The translations under genes and the position numbers were made by a program. From assembly GCA_043810635.1 (NCBI GenBank), contig JBDRNY010000035.1, forward strand, positions 1 through 20,319: a DNA stretch of 20,319 nt, given 5' to 3'. The stretch is from Candidatus Micrarchaeota archaeon (GTDB lineage: Archaea; Micrarchaeota; Micrarchaeia; Anstonellales; Anstonellaceae). The notes under the pieces were generated by a model. It made no database searches. It was not told the DNA's origin and saw only the letters and a program-made list of their open reading frames with translations. Shown piece by piece: positions 14,389-20,319 of this stretch. Position 1 is the first letter of the stretch; each line of letters opens with the position of its first letter.

Positions 14389-16077
14389 TTAATCAAATGA
14401 ATCCGCCCCTCCCACATAGTATTTGTATATTAAAATGCCGCCTACAATTGCCACAGCAAAAAGGAAAAGGTAGACTGTAGGCACTTCCAAATCCCCGAGG
14501 TTTAGTGCGGCCCCGCCGATGTCTGATTCAATTTCAGACTGGCCCCTTGTTTCTTTTATCAAAATATCTGAGCGCTCCCCGCTTCTTATGAAATAGCTTG
14601 AATCTATCCCCTTGATGAATTTTTCCTCATCGCTTGAAAGAAGGTATTTTATTTTTACAACTGTTTTGCCGTCAATTTGGGAAAGGGGGATGCGCAAAAC
14701 TATGGGCCTGTTGTTGATGTTAAATCCAAGTGTGCCTTCCGCCCATCCATTTCCTTCAAATTCAAGCAAGAAAGCTTTTTCATTTCCGGAGTAAGATACT
14801 CCTGTAAGGCGCACTTCAGAAGTGTCATTGTAAAATGATGTTGGTATGTTGGTAAATGTTATTGCATCTATATTGTCCATAAGCGCGGTGTCTTCCCCAT
14901 ATCTTATTGTAATTACTGCCTGGGGAATAAAGTTTCCGGAAATTGCCCTTGATGCGTCGAGGGGTATGGAAAGGGTGGTGGCAGTACTGCCGTCTATAAG
15001 AATTTGGGAAGATTGGGCAGAGCCGATTCCTTCAATAGACGCGCCTGCGCTCACTGCAATAAAATCCCCGTGGTTTGCAATCCTTAATTCAAATATTTTG
15101 GAAGGCACATTATATGAAATATTAATCACTTCAAGCGAAAGCTGGGGGGAGGGAAGGGGAATTATCATAAGAGGGAGGGCCTGGGAATTGCCCCTGTAGC
15201 CTTCCCCGAATTTTACAAAAAATGCAATAGACGGCTTTTCAGCCCTTAGCTTGTTTACTCCGTCCACAATGTCAGCATCCCCTGCAAATATAATCCCGGT
15301 TGTTATTTTGGTTTCATCTATAAATTCAGGGAGGGAAGGGGGATAGTCTGAGCGGCCTACAAGTATGAGGGGGTAGTCTTTGTCTACCATTGATTTTTCA
15401 AACACATAGCCTGAAACAAACATTGCCTGCCTTGTTGGAGTTATTTTAAGAAACTCTTTTACTATTTCAAGGTTGTTTGAATACCTGCTGCCAGTGTCTA
15501 TTACCCTTTTTTGGGGAAGAAGCTCCAAATATTCTGCTGGTATTTGGTGGGCGACAGGGCCGTATATTATAACTTGGGAATATCCGCGCGAGGAAATTTC
15601 TGAAACAGCTGCCTGGCTTTGGGCAGGGTTTTCTATGAAAAATATCGGGGCGCCGGTTACTGCGGCATAAGAAGAAACTGAAAGCGCATCCTGCCCGTAT
15701 TGGCTTCCCACTATTATTGCCTGTTGGTTGTCCATATTGTCTGCAATCCAATATTGCGGGTTGACAGAATCCACTATGGTAAGGTGCTTGGCGCCCGAAT
15801 CTTTCAAAAGCGCTGCCATGTTTGGAAGCACGGTTTTGTTTCCTTCTATATATATTATAGGCACGTCCTTGTCAACAGTATAATATTTTGAAATAAACAC
15901 TGATTGGTTCGGGGTGAGGGCAAATATATAAGTGTAATTATGATAAGATGCAAAAACTGCGCAGGAAACAATATCCTCGTAATTTTGGGAGTTGAGAATT
16001 ACTATTGTTGGAAAAACCATGCTGGCAAATGCAAGCAAAAATACAAGCAAAACAAAAATTTTTTCCCTCAAACCCAT
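14389..16077 (-). CDS. Membrane-anchored surface protein with cell-wall-binding-repeat-2-like motifs and Ig-like domains (paralogue of 12126-13598)
   Basis: Signal MGLREKIFVLLVFLLAFASMVFP (ATG at 16077, RBS GGGTG); IVILNSQNYEDIVSCAVFA; AIIVGSQYGQDALSVSSYAAVTGAPIFF; IDTGSRYSNNLEI; FELRIANHGD; C-terminal TM VYLFLFAVAIVGGILIY. Confidence 0.78.
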   Translation of the reverse strand: MGLREKIFVLLVFLLAFASMVFPTIVILNSQNYEDIVSCAVFASYHNYTYIFALTPNQSVFISKYYTVDKDVPIIYIEGNKTVLPNMAALLKDSGAKHLTIVDSVNPQYWIADNMDNQQAIIVGSQYGQDALSVSSYAAVTGAPIFFIENPAQSQAAVSEISSRGYSQVIIYGPVAHQIPAEYLELLPQKRVIDTGSRYSNNLEIVKEFLKITPTRQAMFVSGYVFEKSMVDKDYPLILVGRSDYPPSLPEFIDETKITTGIIFAGDADIVDGVNKLRAEKPSIAFFVKFGEGYRGNSQALPLMIIPLPSPQLSLEVINISYNVPSKIFELRIANHGDFIAVSAGASIEGIGSAQSSQILIDGSTATTLSIPLDASRAISGNFIPQAVITIRYGEDTALMDNIDAITFTNIPTSFYNDTSEVRLTGVSYSGNEKAFLLEFEGNGWAEGTLGFNINNRPIVLRIPLSQIDGKTVVKIKYLLSSDEEKFIKGIDSSYFIRSGERSDILIKETRGQSEIESDIGGAALNLGDLEVPTVYLFLFAVAIVGGILIYKYYVGGADSFD

Positions 16078-16157
16078 CAATACACCCGGCATTATCGACA
16101 AATATATGAAAAAGCAATCAAGCCAATCTTTATATTAGTGCACGCAAACTGTTTTTC

Positions 16158-17288
16158 ATGAAGATTGCGTTTTTCACAGATACATACTACCCAGCTATGG
16201 ACGGAGTTGTGCGCTCGGTTAATAGCTATAAAATTGAGCTTGAAAAGAGGGGGCATGAAGTGAAAGTGTTTGCGCCTGCGCCTGCAGCAAGGGAAGAGAG
16301 GAGGAAAGGGGTGGTTTATGCAGATTCTATTTCATTCTGGAGCTATGCGCAATACAGGATTCCGATAAATACTTCAAAATGTGTTGCAGAAGCGGTTAAA
16401 TTCAAGCCGGATATTGTGCATTCCCATGCAATGGTATTGATGGCTCTTGCTGCAAAAAAAGCCGCAAAAAAATGCAATGCCCCGCTTGTGGGAACTTATC
16501 ACACCCTTTTGCCTAAAGCAGGGCATTACCTGTCAAATATTGAGGGAATTCAATTATGGTTTGAAAATATTTGCTGGAAATATTTGAGATGGCTTTATGG
16601 AAGCTTTGATTTGGTTTTTGCGCCAAGTGAATTTATGCAAAAAAGAATTGCAAAGCATGGCATAAAATCTGAAGTGATGGCAAGCCCGCTGGATGTGAAA
16701 AAATTTTCCCCCGGAAAAATAAATTCAGAAGTAAGGGAGTGGATTGGGGAGAAGGAGGGGGCTGTGCTTTTTTTCGGAAGGGTGGCGAAGGAGAAAAATA
16801 TTGATTTTCTTATTGATATGGTAAAAACAAAAACATGGCAGAATTGGAAGGCAAAATTGATTATTGCCGGGGAAGGGCCTTATAGGGGAAAATTAATGGA
16901 AAGGGTTGAAAAAGAGAAATTGGGGGAGTTTGTAAAATTTGCAGGGAAGATAGATGAAAAACTGGTTCCTTCATTTTACCGCGCCGCGCTTTGCACAATA
17001 TTTCCCTCGGAATTTGAAACACAAGGGCTTACTGCATTGGAATCAATGGCATGCGGCACCCCGGTTGTTGCATTAAGAGGCACTGCATTGGCAGAAGTGG
17101 TGGTGCCGGGAAAGAGCGGGGCGCTTTGCGAAAAAGATGCGCAAAATGCAGTTTATGCAATGCAAAATGCAATCAAAAACAGGAAAAAATTGGGAAAGAG
17201 GGGAAGGGAAATTGCATTGAAATATTCTGCTGAAAAATGCACAGATAAATTATTGGAATATTATAAGAGGGAAATTGGAAAGAGATGA
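16158..17288 (+). CDS. Glycosyltransferase family 4 (GT-B fold; diacylglycerol glucosyltransferase-like subgroup)
   Basis: MKIAFFTDTYYPAMDGVVRS, PDIVHSH, GTYHT, FFGRVAKEKNI and FPSEFETQGLTALESMACGTPVV (E-x7-E motif). TTTATATT box at 16129-16136. Confidence 0.92.
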   Translation: MKIAFFTDTYYPAMDGVVRSVNSYKIELEKRGHEVKVFAPAPAAREERRKGVVYADSISFWSYAQYRIPINTSKCVAEAVKFKPDIVHSHAMVLMALAAKKAAKKCNAPLVGTYHTLLPKAGHYLSNIEGIQLWFENICWKYLRWLYGSFDLVFAPSEFMQKRIAKHGIKSEVMASPLDVKKFSPGKINSEVREWIGEKEGAVLFFGRVAKEKNIDFLIDMVKTKTWQNWKAKLIIAGEGPYRGKLMERVEKEKLGEFVKFAGKIDEKLVPSFYRAALCTIFPSEFETQGLTALESMACGTPVVALRGTALAEVVVPGKSGALCEKDAQNAVYAMQNAIKNRKKLGKRGREIALKYSAEKCTDKLLEYYKREIGKR

Positions 17289-17318
17289 TTACCCTTCTGC
17301 ACAATTATCCCACATAAA
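17284..17318 (+). repeat. Left copy of a 35-bp imperfect direct repeat (overlaps the GT4 stop codon)
   Basis: gatgattacccttctgcacaattatcccacataaa; 31/35 identical to 20061-20095, with the last 18 nt identical. Confidence 0.85.
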
Positions 17319-17400
17319 ATCAAAATATTTTCTATTTTGGTACGGTTCCTAAAGTTGCCTCATAGGATGGTTCAACTAAAATGAATCGGAATTTTGCCAT

Positions 17401-18384
17401 TTAATCCCTCGCATGGAATATATTTTTGAATCCGGGTGTCCATTCATCTGTTTTCATAACTACTGATTCAACATTTCTAATTACATGTGGAAATTTCATC
17501 TTTATTTCATCAATAATCTCTGAATATTCGTGGTAATCTGATACCACAAGCTCAGGCTCTATGTTCCAAATATTTCTAATAAAATAATGCATATTTGGAT
17601 ATGATGAGATGTAGTTTAGAAGTTCTTTTTCATCTTTTTGAGTATATCTATCGATATGAATTATTGCTTTGTATAATTCAAGTCCAAGCGCATCTAAATT
17701 GATTCCAATTCGATACTGAATTATTATCCCAAGGTCTTGCATACGTTTTATTCTATTACTTACGGTCTGAGGCGTCGTTTTAGTCTTTTTTGCAAGCTCA
17801 ACTATGGGTATCCTTGCATTATTTACAATTATATCCAGTATTGCAAGGTCAAGTTCCGTCATCTTATTATTCTCTATTTTCCCCCCGAACATAGTTGGTT
17901 TCTGGATTTTGTTTGTGAAATACATTTTTTCATATTGTTTTACATCAACAATTACGTCTCCAAATCGCTTTACTATTATGTGTCCAAATTCCGAGACTAG
18001 TTTGTTCTTTAAATTGTAATAGTCCTGGTCGCTCTTTGAATAAAACCCACAAATGAAGTCCCAAGTTCCATCGCATTCTCCCATCCAGTAAACAAACCCC
18101 GAATTTCTAAGGAATTTGAATATCTTTTGTTTTTCACTAGGGACATTTCTTAGTTGCAAATATAGTTTGTAAATCTTGTATCCCATTTTGTGCGGATTAA
18201 TCGCAGTGTTAAAACTTGTAATGACCTTCTCCTCGACCAAGCGTTTTATTCTATAATCAATACTCTGCCTTGATTTTTTTGTTAATTTTGCAAGTTTGTT
18301 TGAGTGGATTCTACAATTCTTATCAAGCTGTGCTAAAATGATTCTATCTGTTTTATCAAGCTTTATTTTCTGAATATTGACCAT
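17401..18384 (-). CDS. Lrp/AsnC-family transcriptional regulator with two tandem HTH-effector units
   Basis: Unit 1: LDKTDRIILAQLDKNCRIHSNKLAKLTKKSRQSIDYRIKRLVEEKVI. Unit 2: MTELDLAILDIIVNNARIPIVELAKKTKTTPQTVSNRIKRMQDLGII...INLDALG. Confidence 0.9.
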   Translation of the reverse strand: MVNIQKIKLDKTDRIILAQLDKNCRIHSNKLAKLTKKSRQSIDYRIKRLVEEKVITSFNTAINPHKMGYKIYKLYLQLRNVPSEKQKIFKFLRNSGFVYWMGECDGTWDFICGFYSKSDQDYYNLKNKLVSEFGHIIVKRFGDVIVDVKQYEKMYFTNKIQKPTMFGGKIENNKMTELDLAILDIIVNNARIPIVELAKKTKTTPQTVSNRIKRMQDLGIIIQYRIGINLDALGLELYKAIIHIDRYTQKDEKELLNYISSYPNMHYFIRNIWNIEPELVVSDYHEYSEIIDEIKMKFPHVIRNVESVVMKTDEWTPGFKNIFHARD

Positions 18385-18508
18385 ATTATTAGCTATTTAT
18401 CTAATATTTCTTAAAAAGCTTTGCTTTTTGCTCACTTTCTTGTAGATTATTTAATATATATGTAAATACACTATTAATAACAGTAAAGATGTTTAATTAG
18501 GTGAAAAT

Positions 18509-19867
18509 ATGGAAAAAAAATCAGATATTGAATATCTAGCCAATTTACTGCCTGCAAGATTCGCAGGTTCAAAGAGAATGCCAAAAGGTTGGGTTAACGG
18601 AGTAGATGGTTGGTATATAGAAGACCAAAGTTCCGGTGGGCTCAGAACACTTGATATAGAGCATGTTCCAGAGAAAATAGTAAAAATGCATAATGATCCA
18701 AATTCCGACAAGTCAATTTCAAGTGTGTATTTTGGAAAAATTTGTATTCACAAATGCCCGTCTTGCTTTAATGATGAGATTGATGTATATGGAAAGCAAA
18801 ACAAGATATTGGATTTAGCTCAAACTCTGCAACTTGTAGATGATGCTCAAGTTGTCTCAAAAGAAAAATTTGAAAGCGTCAAATTCTTGGGTCCAGGGGA
18901 GCTTTTGATGAATCCTGATTTATTCAAAATAATTGGCGAATACTCAAAACGGGGGATAAAACTACTGATATTTACAAAAGGAGCTTTACTGGGAAATGAT
19001 GCACTTGCAAAAAAATTCCAAGGACATAATGGAATCAATACTGCAAAAGAATTAGTTGATAGGTTAGCTGCATGCGAAAATGTTCGTCTATTAATGTCTT
19101 TTCAATCATTTAATCATGATCTTCAAGACAGTTTAGTTTCATCAACTATCTCTGGGCATAAGCTAGGGCTGGAGAATTATTCTAAAGTTCGAGATGTTGC
19201 GCTTGTAAATATTTACAATTCCAATTTTTTTGAAAAGAATGGGGCTACTCAGAGAATTGGGATAATCAATGCACCGATAGTTGAGAAAAACATCGGAGAA
19301 TCCTTTGATATTTACAAATTTTTTGTTGAACGTGGTTTTCCGGTGGTCAGTACTCCGACTATGGTTAGTGGGAAGGGTTTGAATGAGCTTGAAAAACAAA
19401 AATGTTTGGTGGGATGGGATAGCGAGCTAGTTGAGCTATATTCTGGTATTTATGTATACAATTTTGAGAAAAAGATTCAAACAATTGAGCAAATTCAAGC
19501 GGAGGGAATCGCATCTTATGCTGGAGCAAAACCCTGCAACCAGGTAGTATATGGCCTATATATTCGGGCAAATGGAGATGTTCAAATGTGCCCCGGAAGA
19601 CGAAAAAATGTTATTTGGGGAAATGCGCACAATGAGAAATTGAGGGATATTTGGGAAAATTCCAAAAACAGGAAGATTGGTCTTGTTGAGAGAAATCGAA
19701 TCAACAATTATTGCCCTGCAAAAGACGGTAGCTCATTTTATAATGGGTTTTACAAAAAAGTGCTAAAAAATGTTGAAGCTTTTGTAGGAACCCACAAAGA
19801 TATCATTCAGAATGCAGGAAAAAAGAGGTTTGGGGGAGAAAAGAAATTAAGACTGCAAACTCTCTAA
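18509..19867 (+). CDS. Radical SAM protein with C-terminal SPASM/twitch-like domain
   Basis: CIHKCPSC (CX3CX2C); KFLGPGELLMNP in place of GGEP; C-terminal CNQ...GLYIRANGDVQMCPG...WGNAHNEKLRDIW...CPAK. RBS GGTGA at 18500-18504. Confidence 0.88.
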   Translation: MEKKSDIEYLANLLPARFAGSKRMPKGWVNGVDGWYIEDQSSGGLRTLDIEHVPEKIVKMHNDPNSDKSISSVYFGKICIHKCPSCFNDEIDVYGKQNKILDLAQTLQLVDDAQVVSKEKFESVKFLGPGELLMNPDLFKIIGEYSKRGIKLLIFTKGALLGNDALAKKFQGHNGINTAKELVDRLAACENVRLLMSFQSFNHDLQDSLVSSTISGHKLGLENYSKVRDVALVNIYNSNFFEKNGATQRIGIINAPIVEKNIGESFDIYKFFVERGFPVVSTPTMVSGKGLNELEKQKCLVGWDSELVELYSGIYVYNFEKKIQTIEQIQAEGIASYAGAKPCNQVVYGLYIRANGDVQMCPGRRKNVIWGNAHNEKLRDIWENSKNRKIGLVERNRINNYCPAKDGSSFYNGFYKKVLKNVEAFVGTHKDIIQNAGKKRFGGEKKLRLQTL

Positions 19868-19915
19868 CCTAAATCTGAAAAAAATGGTCTGAAAACAGCC
19901 ATAGAAACGCTTAGA

Positions 19916-20065
19916 TAGTATACTTTCAAGTAGTATACTTTGGAGTATACTGCAAAGAGTGCCAAAGGCGAATCTGCCTTGCAGTAGGTATTCTGAAAAA
20001 GCTTATAGATACACCCTTTATGAAGGGATGAAAAGGCATAGTTTTATGCCTTTATGAAGGGATGA
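19916..20065. repeat. Cluster of palindromes, hairpins and short direct repeats
   Basis: Palindrome AGTATACT x3 (19917, 19932, 19944); inverted pair TACTGCAA(19948-19955)/TTGCAGTA(19979-19986); 17-bp direct repeat CCTTTATGAAGGGATGA at 20015-20031 and 20049-20065; hairpin AAAGGCATA-GTTT-TATGCCTTT at 20032-20053. Confidence 0.75.
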
Positions 20066-20095
20066 TTATTCTTCCGTACAATTATCCCACATAAA
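20061..20095 (+). repeat. Right copy of the 35-bp imperfect direct repeat
   Basis: gatgattattcttccgtacaattatcccacataaa; matches 17284-17318. Confidence 0.85.
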
Positions 20096-20151
20096 CTGGA
20101 AAAAGAAAAAGAGTTGGATTTGGATATTTATAATGTGGGTTGCAGGAAAAA

Positions 20152-20283
20152 TTAGAGCTTTGCAAGCTTTTCAAGAAGGGTTTTGTCTTTTTTGAGGTTC
20201 TTTTCTACAATAGCGCTTACCTCCTTGTCTTTTGCATAGACTATGTTGCGTGTCTTCTTTTTTGCTTTTCTTTTTTTTGGCAT
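20152..20283 (-). CDS. Small basic protein (43 aa), possibly antitoxin-like
   Basis: Manual translation: MPKKRKAKKKTRNIVYAKDKEVSAIVEKNLKKDKTLLEKLAKL*. GGGGT RBS-like site upstream; alternative in-frame ATG at 20289. Below the apparent size cutoff of the ORF track. Confidence 0.5.
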   Translation of the reverse strand: MPKKRKAKKKTRNIVYAKDKEVSAIVEKNLKKDKTLLEKLAKL

Positions 20284-20319
20284 TCTCATACCCCAACATA
20301 TATTTCAATTCTGTATTTA

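Noticed and set aside
17321..17339. CAAAATA-TTTTC-TATTTTG inverted repeat as a terminator
   Set aside because: The 7-bp stem is almost all A/T and easily arises by chance at this base composition.
1124..19571. Numerous short ORFs in the track overlapping the called genes (e.g. 1642-2109, 2170-2688, 7171-7764, 10135-10581, 14017-14337)
   Set aside because: They are antisense or alternate-frame shadows of well-supported genes, with no recognisable motifs.
17284..20095. Flanking repeats as Xer/dif sites or integron attC sites
   Set aside because: The core is TTAT-N5-ATAA, not the dif-type ATAA-N6-TTAT with 11-bp arms. No matched RYYYAAC...GTTRRRY pair with a long imperfect stem was found.

Overview
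AT-rich window that looks archaeal: GGTGA/GGAGG ribosome-binding sites, TTTA(T/A)ATA boxes about 22-45 nt upstream of starts, an archaeal-type PurB, and secreted proteins rich in N-x-S/T sequons. The gene repertoire suggests a DPANN archaeon, possibly Micrarchaeota-like (inference only). Left to right: (1) the 5' part of a large secreted Ig-like/parallel beta-helix surface protein that the ORF track misses (minus strand, starts at 1772, runs off the left edge); (2) a Schlafen/AlbA_2-HATPase-like-HTH gene and a small wHTH gene; (3) a purB-glyA-folD-folC-(5-formyl-THF cyclo-ligase)-purN folate one-carbon/purine cluster, interrupted by an antisense RHH/PIN toxin-antitoxin pair and a truncated antitoxin paralogue; (4) a four-gene A-B-A'-B' cell-surface cluster with two membrane-anchored proteins carrying cell-wall-binding-2-like repeats plus a secreted and a membrane-anchored paralogue of a 'GGNIT...W..FYG...YYFY' domain, my best candidate for an undescribed surface filament system; (5) a divergent GT4 glycosyltransferase; (6) a double-Lrp regulator and a radical SAM/SPASM-twitch gene bracketed by 35-bp imperfect direct repeats, with a hairpin cluster just inside the right repeat; (7) a small basic ORF at the right end. 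All family calls come from motif recognition by eye; no searches were run.
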